Shown here: positions 1-9,985 of the stretch, in pieces
Position numbering within the stretch: the first letter of the stretch is position 1
Layout: every line of letters begins with the position of its first letter
IMG/VR virus record: IMGVR_UViG_3300044998_000776
Span: 1 to 55,828 of that record
DNA length: 55,828 bases
From: a virus
Taxonomy: Duplodnaviria > Caudoviricetes
Direction: 5' to 3' (one strand)
Position numbers and translations under genes: made by a program
The notes under the pieces: model-generated
Seen by the model: the letters and a program-made list of their open reading frames with translations, nothing else
Told to the model about the DNA's origin: nothing
The model's database searches: none

Positions 1-2
1 TT

Positions 3-506
3 TTGAAAAAGTTGACCGGTCTAGACGATTTGATTCCTGATCCTTCTCTCAATGGAGGAGGATTGCATCAGATTATGCCGGGAGGCAAACTAGATGTGCA
101 CGAGGATTACAACATCCACAGAGGACTCAAGGCTTTTCGAAAAGTCAACGCAATCGTTTATCTAAACAAGGAATGGAAGGATGAATACGAGGGTCACTTG
201 CAGATTTGGAATTCTGATATGACCAAACTGGAAAAGACCATTCTCCCCACATTCAATCGACTAGTCATCTTCCGAACCGATCAGGGATCGAATCACGGGC
301 ATCCCGTCCCTCTCGCTTGCCCGGAAGGTATGTCAAGAAAATCTCTAGCGGTGTATTATTACACACCTGCGACAGAACAAGAACTCGAATCAACCCCTTA
401 TCGATCGACTGTCTTTAAGAAATTGCCCGGAGCTGTTGAACCGCCCGAACTAGAAGAATTTCGAAGGCTCCGATCGCAGGGTCGAGTCGAAAACAAAACA
501 ACCTAA
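3..506 (+). CDS. 2OG-Fe(II) oxygenase (prolyl-hydroxylase-like), 5' end outside the window
   Basis: GGGLH, HxD (HED), FNRLVIF, distal His (NHGHP) and RKS motifs. Confidence 0.85.
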   Translation: MKKLTGLDDLIPDPSLNGGGLHQIMPGGKLDVHEDYNIHRGLKAFRKVNAIVYLNKEWKDEYEGHLQIWNSDMTKLEKTILPTFNRLVIFRTDQGSNHGHPVPLACPEGMSRKSLAVYYYTPATEQELESTPYRSTVFKKLPGAVEPPELEEFRRLRSQGRVENKTT

Positions 507-528
507 GAAGAAGAAGTAGAGTTGTCCG

Positions 529-948
529 ATGAATGACTCAATCAAGCCCGTACAAGGACCGCCCCCGAGGTTTGCGGAACTGCTAGAATATCATCTAAAT
601 CTCAAATTGCAGAAATTTGCCGGCACGGGTAAGGGTCTCAAACGAGAAGACATGGAAGAGATGTATTCGGTCATCAAAGAAGTCGTGCACTCTGTCTTTT
701 CGAAATCCTCTCAAAATCCATCGGATGTGACCAAAGATTGGATAGCCCAGAGGTACTATGAAGCTATCAAATTCAGCGATACCAAGGTCCTGACGGAAGA
801 CCCGGATACTTGGGATTATTCGGTCGCTCCGGTCTTCAAGGAAGCTCCCATCGAAAAAATTCCGACAAGCGATCTCAGATATATTGCTCCGATATTCAAT
901 GAATGCGTCTTCTACGAAGATATCGAGCAAGAACTTAGAAAGAGATGA
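529..948 (+). CDS. hypothetical protein
   Basis: 139-aa ORF, ATGA overlap with the next gene. Confidence 0.7.
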   Translation: MNDSIKPVQGPPPRFAELLEYHLNLKLQKFAGTGKGLKREDMEEMYSVIKEVVHSVFSKSSQNPSDVTKDWIAQRYYEAIKFSDTKVLTEDPDTWDYSVAPVFKEAPIEKIPTSDLRYIAPIFNECVFYEDIEQELRKR

Positions 949-1898
949 AGATCCTCTTTACGGGCGTCGATTTCGCGTCCCGTTCGGGACCGAATACTTT
1001 TGCTTTTCGGTTGGCTGATCGATTGGCAAAGAATGGACACACGCTAGCCGATCCATCGGATTACGATGTAGCCATTGTTTTTATCGAACCCTCACACCAG
1101 CTTGACCCCAGAAAACCTCTGATCCAAAGGTTGGATGGAATATGGTCCAAACCTTCCGAATTTTTGTGGAGGAACAGGGGGATCCAAGAGACATATAAGC
1201 GCGCCGCGGGCGTCATCTTTCAATCTGAATTTAATCGAGATCAGATCACAAAGTGGTGGGGTACTCCGAAATTCGGAACGGTCATTCACAACGGCATCGA
1301 TTTAGAAGTCATGACGGAATCGATGCCCGGATTCATGAAATTGAGATCTGAATATGAAATGATGTTTGTCTGCTCTGCCAATTGGCACGCTCAGAAACGT
1401 CTCAAAGAAAACATTCGCTGCTTCAAGCATCTCAGAGAGAAAAGTTATCCTAATAGCTGTTTGATCGTTCTAGGAAATCATCCCGATCATCAGGTAGCAG
1501 ATCCTCATATTTTCTACACAGGATCTCTACCGCATGATCAATGTTTGAAATTGTTTGTAATTTCTAATTGGATGATCCACCTCGCTTGGGGGGATCATTG
1601 TCCGAATACCGTCATCGAATCCTTGTCACAAGGCACCCCCGTCATCTGTGCCGAAACGGGAGGCACTAAAGAGATCGTTCGAACGAATGGTATTGTGATT
1701 CCGGAAAAGGAAAAATACGATTTTACGCTCAAAGATTACGATCATCCGCCCGATCTGCCGGATGATTTCGGAGGCCTGAGCGATCTACCGAAGATCAAAG
1801 TCGATCCTTCGTATCTAGACATCAGAAAAGTGGCAGATTCTTACGTCGAGTTCATTGAAAAATGCGTTTCACAGTATACAGACACATCAATCGGCTAA
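945..1898 (+). CDS. GT-B (family 4-like) glycosyltransferase
   Basis: MKIL start, VIHNGID, DHCPNTVIESLSQGTPVI...GGTKE. Confidence 0.85.
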   Translation: MKILFTGVDFASRSGPNTFAFRLADRLAKNGHTLADPSDYDVAIVFIEPSHQLDPRKPLIQRLDGIWSKPSEFLWRNRGIQETYKRAAGVIFQSEFNRDQITKWWGTPKFGTVIHNGIDLEVMTESMPGFMKLRSEYEMMFVCSANWHAQKRLKENIRCFKHLREKSYPNSCLIVLGNHPDHQVADPHIFYTGSLPHDQCLKLFVISNWMIHLAWGDHCPNTVIESLSQGTPVICAETGGTKEIVRTNGIVIPEKEKYDFTLKDYDHPPDLPDDFGGLSDLPKIKVDPSYLDIRKVADSYVEFIEKCVSQYTDTSIG

Positions 1899-2426
1899 AC
1901 GGAAAGTCGTATATCGGGTGGACGTCCAAATCCATTGATTATCGTTGGAATCAACACTGTCGTCTAGCTCAAAATGCATCATCCTTAGTGTTTCACTCTG
2001 CTATTTCGAAGTATGGCCCTGATCAATTTGATCACGAGATACTTGAAATTCATGAATCAGAAAAAACGGCGGCAGCTGCTGAAATTAGACTCATTAAAGA
2101 GTACAAGACGCATTATATCGATGGATTCGGTTACAATATGGCTTTAGGCGGTGATGGTGTCAATGGCGCAATCATCGATAAAGAATCATATAAGCGAGTA
2201 AGTGAAGCCTTAAAAGTAAATCAGCATACAAAGGGACGAATTCGTCCCGAATCTGAAAAAAAGAAAGATTGCAGCTGGACATCGAATATTGATAGTTGAT
2301 GATCTAAGCAATATTCGAATGTTGTCTGCCTCTGCCTCCGGAGTTAATTCTCATAGCCTCGCTAAGTAATTTAATTGTAGCTACGCTATGATTCGAAGAG
2401 TGCTACGAGGAGCGTATCGGATATGA
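1862..2426 (+). pseudogene. GIY-YIG homing endonuclease, disrupted
   Basis: VYRHIN..NGKSYIG and GYN motifs. A frameshift in the A-run near 2256 shifts the frame, which continues KIAAGHR... into an HTH-like tail with an internal TAA and ends at TGA 2424-2426. Confidence 0.75.
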
Positions 2427-3379
2427 AAATTTGGACTTTACCTGCAGGAGAAGATTGGATCTGCGATCGTCTGACCCAAGAGTGGATCGACGGTAATCCG
2501 GACATTACCACTTACGATCCTCGAGGAGCGCATATTTTGTGGCTTTTGAGCGATTGGAGATGGAGGGAAGTTCCGGGATATTTGCTCTCCCAAAAAACAA
2601 TTTTGACCACCGTCCACCACATCGTTCCCGAAAAATTCGGTCGCAAAGAACGAGCCGATTTTGCCGATCGAGATGCTATCACGACCGCTTATCACTGCTA
2701 CAATAAACACACAGTCGAATTTCTGCAAAAGGAAAAACTAACGACAAAACCAATCTTTTTGGTACCATACTGGGCGAATCAGAACATCTGGAAAAAAACG
2801 GGAGACAAATATGAGTTGCGGAAGAAGCACGGCCTTCCGTTAAACGGATACTTGATAGGCTCCTTTCAAAGAGACACTGAAGGATTAGATCTAAGATCTC
2901 CCAAATTAGAAAAGGGTCCCGATCTTCTTGTCGAATATATCAAAAAAGTATATTCTGAATGGAAGCAATTGGCCCCAACGTGTGGGTATACGGCTTTCCG
3001 GCAACCGCACATCGTTCTCGGCGGTTGGCGACGACAATACGTCGTTCATGAACTAGAAATTGAAGGAATCCCCCATTCGTTCTTTGAACGACCCTCGCAA
3101 GAGATTCTGAATGAACTTTATCAGACACTTGATGTCTATCCTGTGACGGCTCGACATGAAGGGGGTCCGCAAGCTTTGCTTGAATGTGGTTTGGTCGAAG
3201 TCCCTGTCGTTTCTAGATCGGTTGGAATCGCTGAACAGGTGTTGCCCGAATCAGCCATTAACTCTGATGTATTCTTGGCTACGCCAGCCGTACCCAATGT
3301 CAAAAGCATGTTGCTGCCAGGCGGTTTCGAACCGTATCATAAGATTTTTGAATCCCTCTACCGAGGAGAAGTGAAATGA
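2423..3379 (+). CDS. glycosyltransferase (GT-B)
   Basis: IGSFQRD, KGPD, ELYQTLDVYPVTARHEGGPQALLEC...PVVS..VG. Confidence 0.8.
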   Translation: MKIWTLPAGEDWICDRLTQEWIDGNPDITTYDPRGAHILWLLSDWRWREVPGYLLSQKTILTTVHHIVPEKFGRKERADFADRDAITTAYHCYNKHTVEFLQKEKLTTKPIFLVPYWANQNIWKKTGDKYELRKKHGLPLNGYLIGSFQRDTEGLDLRSPKLEKGPDLLVEYIKKVYSEWKQLAPTCGYTAFRQPHIVLGGWRRQYVVHELEIEGIPHSFFERPSQEILNELYQTLDVYPVTARHEGGPQALLECGLVEVPVVSRSVGIAEQVLPESAINSDVFLATPAVPNVKSMLLPGGFEPYHKIFESLYRGEVK

Positions 3380-3984
3380 AGGGTCTGATTTTTTCGTTTG
3401 ATAATGTCCTTTGTGACTTTAAGGGACTTCGAAGAAGAGCATTTCAAAATGCTCTGAAAGAGCACGGGTACTACTGGACGCCCGATATGGAAAGAGCCTA
3501 CGAAAAGAAGGATTCAGGATCTAGACTGGATTATCTAATCGAATCTCGTCAGATCAAAAAGGAAGATATCGACCTGGTCGAATGGGCCATTGACAGCTTT
3601 ACAACTGATCTGATATCAGAAGAAAAATTCTCCGAAAGAGCCTTTGAAATTCTAGAGAACATGAAAAAGCGAGGCATCAAGATCGCTATAGCCAGCAACG
3701 CTTCTCGGTCAACAATCATTAGCTTTCTGAAATGGACTCGTTTGAATGAAGTCGTTGATTTCGTAACGGTCACAGGAGATGACGGCAGGAACAAGCCTGA
3801 TGCTTCTGTGTATACCAGAACGCTGCAAAAGATGTCTTTGACCCCGCAAGAGGTTGTTGTTTTTGAAGGGACTTATTTCGGGTCCTTGGCCGCGAAGCTC
3901 GCCGGCATCGAAAATATTCGAGAAGTCAGCGCTCGCTCGCTCGAGCCTGCTTTAGAACACCTAGAAAAGGTTTTTGATAAATGA
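3376..3984 (+). CDS. HAD-superfamily hydrolase-like protein (atypical catalytic motifs)
   Basis: IAIASNA, KPD, VVVFEG..G..AA.LAG; motif I reads FSFDNVL rather than FDxDG. Confidence 0.75.
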   Translation: MKGLIFSFDNVLCDFKGLRRRAFQNALKEHGYYWTPDMERAYEKKDSGSRLDYLIESRQIKKEDIDLVEWAIDSFTTDLISEEKFSERAFEILENMKKRGIKIAIASNASRSTIISFLKWTRLNEVVDFVTVTGDDGRNKPDASVYTRTLQKMSLTPQEVVVFEGTYFGSLAAKLAGIENIREVSARSLEPALEHLEKVFDK

Positions 3985-4976
3985 AGGGTCGAATTACTCA
4001 CTACGGTATCGACCCTAGAGATCATCTTGTTTATTTTCTTCGAAAGCATTACAGCAGATGGTCTGATGATGCTATCGAAGACAACAAAATGTCTCCCGAT
4101 GTCTTAGGCAAAAATTGGTCATGCTATGTCTATGAAAGAGATGGCAAACGATGGCTTATATGTTTCGACGGAGACGACGGGTCAGGCGGGACAACTTCCG
4201 ACTGTAAGTTGAATTGGTGGAAATTCGATGATGTGCTCATGAAACACAAGATTGATGACTACATCATCTTCAAGATTCAACACGCTTCGATATCGGATCA
4301 GAGGCAGTTCTATCCATTCAAGCTCGACGTATATCCTCTCGGTTTGATGACCAATCATCCTGAAAAGATCTGCAAGATCGCTGACAGCCTTCCCCAAAAA
4401 GAAAAAGATATCGACGTCATTTTTGTTGGCGGCCGCGTGCATGAGCACAATCGACCTTTCGTTTGGGCCAAAAACAGGAACATAAATCAGTGGTGGCCCG
4501 GCAACAGAAAAGTAGGTTACGAAAAACTGTTAGAAATCAAGTCTAGACGAAAAGACTTGAAGATCGAAACGTTCGATGGGCTGTGTTCGCCCGATCAATA
4601 TTACGATCTGATCAATCGATCGAAGATATGCATCGATTTTCCGGGAATCGGACTGTCTAGCAGGAAATTCTATGAATTTCTTATCATGGGAAAATGCATT
4701 CTAGCACTCAAGCAAAATAATGCACCATGGCCCCTGTACGAAAATGTGCATTATGCTTCTCTGGGTCTAGACTTCGATTATGTTCGACTAGAATCAGCCA
4801 TCGATGGATTGCTGGGAGATCCGGATCTGAGATCGCAAATCGAAAATCAAGCAAAGAGCCTCAGACCGATGATGATGCATGAGGCCGTTAGCGACTATGT
4901 CATCAAAACTGTCGACGATCATATCGATAATTCGCAAGCCGGCTGGATCTCAGTTTCTCGTCCGACTTACACTTAG
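3981..4976 (+). CDS. glycosyltransferase-like protein
   Basis: DIDVIFVG, YYDLINRSKICIDFPG, RKFYEF...G, ENVHY. Confidence 0.7.
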   Translation: MKGRITHYGIDPRDHLVYFLRKHYSRWSDDAIEDNKMSPDVLGKNWSCYVYERDGKRWLICFDGDDGSGGTTSDCKLNWWKFDDVLMKHKIDDYIIFKIQHASISDQRQFYPFKLDVYPLGLMTNHPEKICKIADSLPQKEKDIDVIFVGGRVHEHNRPFVWAKNRNINQWWPGNRKVGYEKLLEIKSRRKDLKIETFDGLCSPDQYYDLINRSKICIDFPGIGLSSRKFYEFLIMGKCILALKQNNAPWPLYENVHYASLGLDFDYVRLESAIDGLLGDPDLRSQIENQAKSLRPMMMHEAVSDYVIKTVDDHIDNSQAGWISVSRPTYT

Positions 4977-5000
4977 AGAATTTCGAAAGTAGAATTCGAT

Positions 5001-5547
5001 ATGACATACGTCATCTATTGTCATACAAATAAAAAGACAGGGAAGAGATATATCGGATTCACATCGAAATCGATTGATGAACGATGGCAACAACATGTTA
5101 ACTTGGCTCAAAATGCCAAGTCAATGACGCAATTATCGCATGCGATCAGATCTTCTTCTGAAGAAGATTGGACTCATGAAATTATAGATCAATGTGATTC
5201 AGAGAATCTTGCAAAAGAAAAAGAATCGTTTTGGATAGCAGAGTTCAAAACGAACTGCTTGAGAGAGGGTCATGAAGGTTATAACATGACCGATGGGGGT
5301 GACGGGTGACGGGCTTTCGCTTAAGGGCGAACTTAATCCGATGTTTGGTAAGAAAGGTCATCTTTGTCCTAGCTTCGGTATCAAACGTTCTCCAGAAACT
5401 CGAGCAAAATGTCTAAATCAGCTAAGAAATATGCTTCGACTCCGGAGTTTAAAGAACGCGTAAGTCGAACACATAAAGGCAAAGTTCAAAGTTCTTTCTA
5501 CTGAAACTAGACTGAAAATCAGTCTCTCGAAAAAGAAAAAATCATGA
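5001..5547 (+). pseudogene. GIY-YIG/NUMOD3 homing endonuclease, disrupted
   Basis: VIYCHTNKKTGKRYIG...GYNMTDGGDG. Removing the 7-bp duplications at 5297-5310 and 5480-5493 and restoring one A near 5406 rebuilds GELNPMFGK..RSPETRAKMS..HKGKVLSTETRLKIS. Confidence 0.8.
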
Positions 5548-6638
5548 GTTACGATTATCTGATCGTTGGGGCCGGACTTTTTGGATCCGTTTTCGCCCAG
5601 CAGGCAACTGAAGCTGGAAAAAAATGCCTCGTCATAGAGAAAAATAACCACATCGGAGGCAATTGCTTCACTCGAGAGATTGAAGGAATTCATGTGCATG
5701 TTTACGGTCCACACATCTTCCATACCGATAACGAGAAGATCTGGAAGTATATGAACCGATGGACGACGTTCAATCACTACGTCAATCGTCCCAAAGTCAA
5801 CTTCAAGGACAAGATCTACTCGTTTCCGATCAACTTGATGACTCTCAATCAGCTTTGGGGAGTTCGAACGCCCGAAGAAGCGAAAGCTCGACTAGAGCTA
5901 GTCAAATCTAAAATTGAGAATCCAAAAAATCTCGAAGAATGGATGTTGTCGCAAGTCGGTAAGGAAATTTACGAAACCTTCATCGAAGGCTACACGATGA
6001 AGCAGTGGAATCGGCATCCATCCAAATTGCCGGCGTCCATCATCAAACGCCTTCCGATTCGTTTGACATTCGACGATAATTACTTCAACGATCGCTATCA
6101 AGGGATTCCGATCGGAGGGTATACGGCCATCTTCGAAAAACTTCTAGCCGGATCCGATGTCTTGCTCGGAATCGATTACTTTGAGGATCGACGCATCCTG
6201 GATAAGCTAGCCAAGCAGGTCGTATATACGGGTAAGCTTGACCAATTTTTCTCGTATTGCCTGGGTCGTCTCGAATATAGAGGACTTCGATTTGATACGA
6301 AAGTCCTCGACACTTCCGATTTCCAAGGAAATGCCGTCGTCAATTACACTCAAAAAGAAATTCCCTACACACGAATTACCGAACATCGACATTTTGATCT
6401 CAAAAAAGATGGAGACAAGACGGTCGTCACTTGGGAGTTTCCTGACGATTGGGACGAAACAAAAGTTCCCTACTACCCTATCAACGACGAAGCCAATAAC
6501 AAACTTAGGGATCAATACAAGAAGCTAGCTGCTCAGAGGCCCGACGTTATTTTTGGCGGAAGACTAGCCTCGTACATGTATTATGATATGCACCAGGTTG
6601 TGGCGGCCGCCCTGCACACCTGGGAGAAAGAAAGATGA
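5544..6638 (+). CDS. glf: UDP-galactopyranose mutase
   Basis: DYLIVGAGLFG, HIGGNC, YGPHIFHT, YQGIP, PYYP, GRLASYMYYDMHQ. Confidence 0.97.
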   Translation: MSYDYLIVGAGLFGSVFAQQATEAGKKCLVIEKNNHIGGNCFTREIEGIHVHVYGPHIFHTDNEKIWKYMNRWTTFNHYVNRPKVNFKDKIYSFPINLMTLNQLWGVRTPEEAKARLELVKSKIENPKNLEEWMLSQVGKEIYETFIEGYTMKQWNRHPSKLPASIIKRLPIRLTFDDNYFNDRYQGIPIGGYTAIFEKLLAGSDVLLGIDYFEDRRILDKLAKQVVYTGKLDQFFSYCLGRLEYRGLRFDTKVLDTSDFQGNAVVNYTQKEIPYTRITEHRHFDLKKDGDKTVVTWEFPDDWDETKVPYYPINDEANNKLRDQYKKLAAQRPDVIFGGRLASYMYYDMHQVVAAALHTWEKER

Positions 6639-6820
6639 TCAACTTTATCGAAAAACTTAAGCACGTCAGCTATGTCCAAGCTGTGGGTAGTCTTTCTTAA
6701 AGACCCGCGCATTTCTTTTCAGTTCATCAGTATATGACATAAAACCGCTGCTCTTCTGTTACGAGTTTTTGATGCTTAGTTTGATTCAACAGAATGCACT
6801 AATCGGAATAGGATTATGGC

Positions 6821-7615
6821 ATGTTTATACGACAATGTCCGACATGTCAATTTGACATTATGTATAAAGGTAAACAAGCGTATGAAAGAGCACAAAAAAG
6901 AAACAAGAATGTCGTAGCTGTTTCACAACACGCAACAACCCATTTCGTGGAAAGCATTTTAGTCCGAAAGTAAAGCAAAGCTAAATGTTGCGCAGACGGG
7001 AAAACTTCATTCTGAAGAAGTTCGACGTAAAATGTCAGAAGCTCATATAGGCGAAAAGAATCACTTTTTGGTCAGAAACACTCTGAACAAACACGTCACA
7101 CGTCAGCTCATTTGTCAAAAAACAAAACAACGTGACCAGAATGGTGCTCGAAATCCATTCCACGGACATCATCATACACCTGAAACTCGTGAACGCATGT
7201 CAAAATCACGTGCAGATGGACTTGCGTCAGGTCGCATCATCAACACCCATGAGTATGGAAATAAATCATGGTACGTTTCTAGCAAGACAAATGAAAGAGT
7301 GCGATGCGATTCAATACTTGAGAAATTTCGAATGACGCAACTTGATAACGATCCAAATGTTTGTGATTGGACGAAGCGGTATGGTATCAAAATTCCATAT
7401 GTCTTTAATGGATATACGAAGCATTACGTACCAGATTTTCTGATCACGACAAATTCAGGTGAAAAATCGTTGAAGAAGTCAAGGGTTATGATGCGAAAGC
7501 TCGTGAGAAACTCAATGTTCTTCTAAACTACTGTGCAGAAAATAATCTTACTGCACGTTGGATTACCCAATCAGAGTTAGAACAACAAGGTTACAGAAAA
7601 TTCAAGGATCAATAA
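6821..7615 (+). pseudogene. Zn-ribbon + NUMOD3 + TnsA-N-like PD-(D/E)XK homing endonuclease, multiply frameshifted
   Basis: Reconstructed across frames: MFIRQCPTC..CRSC, HSEEVRRKMSEAH, HTPETRERMS, YVPDFLI, EEVKGY; ends at TAA 7613-7615. Confidence 0.7.
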
Positions 7616-8712
7616 TGAAAGCAATTGGTGTCCTGGGTCAGGGATTCGTGGGTGGATCTCTGACGACTGTCTTTGCCGAGAGAGGCTTTAAGGTATACGT
7701 CTATGATAAGACGGGAAAAATAGCTACAGGAGGAGACGGACGATTTGCTCCTATCGATTTTCCGCGTCTCGGTGGTCCGACACCGACCCAAATCTTTGCC
7801 GCAGCAGTGGAAGCTCTCAAGGATTTTTCCGGAGTTTTCTTTGTCTGCCTGCCGACTCCCATGTTTGAAGATGGAGAAGCCGATCTATCGATCGTAGAAA
7901 ACACGCTCAAGGAATTAAGCGAAATCAAGGGAGAAAGAATCGCCGTCGTCAAATCGACGGTGCCACCCGGGTCGGTGGAAAAGTGGAACAAGCAGTTCGC
8001 TGATACTGGACTAAGGGTCGTATTCAACCCAGAATTTTTGACGGAAGCTAATGCCTTGGAGGATATGAGAAACCAGAACAGAATAATTCTGGGGGGTCCC
8101 AGGCCCCATATCAATAAGGTCAAGCTGATCTTCCAAGCGGCTTTTCCTAAGGTGCCGCTAATCAAGACATCAAGCACGACGGCCGAGATGGTCAAATACG
8201 TCACCAACTGCTTTTTAGCGGCAAAGGTCTCGTTTGCCAACGAGATGTTTCAAGTGTGTGAAGCCCTCGCCAAGAGTGGACTAGACATCGATTATGACAA
8301 AGTCGTCGAATATGCCCGATTTGACGAAAGATTGGGTCACAGCCATTGGTCCGTTCCTGGACCCGTGCCCACGCACGACGGCCGATATGTCAAGGGTTTC
8401 GGTGGTCACTGCATCGTCCATGGAACAAAAGTTAAAACGCCGCAGGGTGAAAAAAATATCGAAGACATTCGACCTGACACGATCGTCGCGAGTAGCAATT
8501 ACGATCTAACCACAAGTGAAAACAAGCTTGTAAATCAATTCCATTCTCGAGCGTATAACGGTAAAGTGTTGGCGTTCACCGTTTCTGTAGAAGGCGAGGA
8601 ACGGACAGTAGTTTGCACGCCCGAACATCTCTTGCCCGTAAAACGAGACGGTCGGCTACAGATTTTACGTGCGTGCGATATCGTCGATTCGGACGAGCTG
8701 TTTGTTGCATAG
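7615..8712 (+). CDS. ugd: UDP-glucose 6-dehydrogenase N-terminal part fused to split-intein N-half
   Basis: GQGFVG, CLPTP, KSTVPPG, FNPEFL, AEMVKYVTNCFLAAKVSFANE and GFGGH, followed by intein block A. Confidence 0.92.
   Translation: MKAIGVLGQGFVGGSLTTVFAERGFKVYVYDKTGKIATGGDGRFAPIDFPRLGGPTPTQIFAAAVEALKDFSGVFFVCLPTPMFEDGEADLSIVENTLKELSEIKGERIAVVKSTVPPGSVEKWNKQFADTGLRVVFNPEFLTEANALEDMRNQNRIILGGPRPHINKVKLIFQAAFPKVPLIKTSSTTAEMVKYVTNCFLAAKVSFANEMFQVCEALAKSGLDIDYDKVVEYARFDERLGHSHWSVPGPVPTHDGRYVKGFGGHCIVHGTKVKTPQGEKNIEDIRPDTIVASSNYDLTTSENKLVNQFHSRAYNGKVLAFTVSVEGEERTVVCTPEHLLPVKRDGRLQILRACDIVDSDELFVA
8410..8709 (+). mobile_element. split intein, N-half (100 aa)
   Basis: Starts CIVHGTKVKTPQGEKNIEDI (block A), has block B CTPEHLLPV, ends RACDIVDSDELFVA-stop. 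Confidence 0.9.
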
Positions 8713-8744
8713 TTTGTAAGCTGTGACTATTGATACTTTATAAT

Positions 8745-9452
8745 ATGGCAAGAACAGTCGAACTCACGTGCAAGTATTGTCATACATTGTTCAACGCAAA
8801 GTACAAAGAACGTAACAAACGGAAATTTTGCAGCCGAATTTGCGTTGATCGATATCAGACGGGATATAGGAATCCCGCGTTTGGGAAAACGTACCGTACA
8901 AAAGCTACACATCCTGAATGGGCTGAACGCACAGCACGGACTCATCGTGAGCGTGGATACATTACAGGCGACAAAAATCCCATGCGTAATCCTGAAATCG
9001 CAGCAAAAGTAAGCGCTAGTCGTTCAGAGCGATTTCGTATTGATGAAGCTTTTCGACAGCGTACAAGTGAATTGATGCGGAAAGCTTGGAAAGACAGCAA
9101 ATTTGATGGAACCAAAGTCGGCAAATGCAAATGGTATGAGTTTACTAAGATCGATGGCACTGTGTGCAAAGTACAGGGGACGTGGGAGCTTGCGTATGCA
9201 AAATGGCTCGATATGCAAGGAATTTATTTTATAGCGCATCGGGGAAGAATTATGTACACTGACGAATGTGGTAGAAATCGTTCGTACTATCCCGATTTCT
9301 ACCTGCTTGACACAGACGAGTACGTGGATATCAAAAACGAGTACCATTTCAGACTTAACGAACAGAAATGGGATCAGATTCGAAAGTCAAATTCTGATCT
9401 CAAAATCATTCTCCTCTTCAAGGAACAACTTCAGGAATTAGGTGTGTTGTGA
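8745..9452 (+). CDS. free-standing homing endonuclease (Zn-ribbon/NUMOD-like N-terminus, PD-(D/E)XK C-terminus) between the intein halves
   Basis: CKYC..FCSRIC, GYRNPAFGK, QGTWELAYAKWLD, YYPDFYL..YVDIK; GTGA overlap with the C-half gene. Confidence 0.8.
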   Translation: MARTVELTCKYCHTLFNAKYKERNKRKFCSRICVDRYQTGYRNPAFGKTYRTKATHPEWAERTARTHRERGYITGDKNPMRNPEIAAKVSASRSERFRIDEAFRQRTSELMRKAWKDSKFDGTKVGKCKWYEFTKIDGTVCKVQGTWELAYAKWLDMQGIYFIAHRGRIMYTDECGRNRSYYPDFYLLDTDEYVDIKNEYHFRLNEQKWDQIRKSNSDLKIILLFKEQLQELGVL

Positions 9453-9748
9453 AAACAGCAAAGATTTTGCGCATTGAAGCCCAAATATATGTTGGCACTG
9501 TTTATAACATCGAGCTCGAAACAAACGATTTGAGACACGACGATTTGTTTTGGATTTGTAACGGAATCGCAGTTCACAATTGCCTCCCTAAGGATCTCAA
9601 CGCCCTTAAGAAAGTCGCCGACAAACTCGGAGTCGACACCAAAGTCCTGGACGCCGTCTGGGAAAAGAATCTCGAAGTCCGACCCGAAGAAGATCGAGAC
9701 TGGGAAAAGATGCAGGGTCGCGCTGTCAGCAAACGAGACAAGCGATGA
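9449..9748 (+). CDS. ugd: split-intein C-half (44 aa, 9449-9580) fused to the UDP-glucose dehydrogenase C-terminal part
   Basis: VYNIEL (block F), NGIAVHN (block G), then CLPKDLNAL, which completes GFGGH/CLPKD. Confidence 0.92.
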   Translation: MKTAKILRIEAQIYVGTVYNIELETNDLRHDDLFWICNGIAVHNCLPKDLNALKKVADKLGVDTKVLDAVWEKNLEVRPEEDRDWEKMQGRAVSKRDKR

Positions 9749-9943
9749 AACACAGATTCAGATTGAGTCCCGAATTCATTCAGGACATGCTCAATGCTTC
9801 ATTCGAAGGCAAAGCCAACGATCCCAATATCAAAAATTCTGGTCGATATCGAGGACGAGAATTTTAAAACGATAAAGACGGTTCGCATCTCGGCGACTTA
9901 CGATCCGAGCTCTGCCGTGTATACAGTTGGGTGGATACCGTAA
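9745..9943 (+). pseudogene. small hypothetical gene with an A-run frameshift
   Basis: MKHRFRLSPEF...PNIK continues as ILVDIEDENFK...GWIP-TAA if one A near 9832-9836 is removed. Confidence 0.45.
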
Positions 9944-9950
9944 CCTGAGC

Positions 9951-9979
9951 GTGTATAATAAAAAGTGTCATGGTATTAT
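9951..9979 (+). promoter_or_regulatory. putative promoter GTGTA-N18-TATTAT, leaderless start
   Basis: Recurrent motif; ATG 9986 lies 6 nt after the -10 hexamer. Confidence 0.55.
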
Positions 9980-9985
9980 TCTATC

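Noticed and set aside
4974-5003. TAG readthrough fusing the glycosyltransferase to the in-frame GIY-YIG gene
   Set aside because: The context is TAG-AGA rather than TAG-CTG, the nuclease has its own TAGAAT -10-like element and is a pseudogene, and an in-frame arrangement arises by chance one time in three.
6635-6700. 21-codon ORF overlapping the glf stop
   Set aside because: Too short and without a recognisable motif. It may be a remnant but cannot be supported.
7558-7614. ORF-track N-terminal extension of ugd
   Set aside because: This stretch is the 3' end of the upstream endonuclease pseudogene. The Rossmann motif begins right after ATG 7615.
8710-8733. Amber readthrough joining IntN to the endonuclease as one contiguous intein
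   Set aside because: Readthrough meets TGA at 8731-8733, and the endonuclease and IntC are in other frames.
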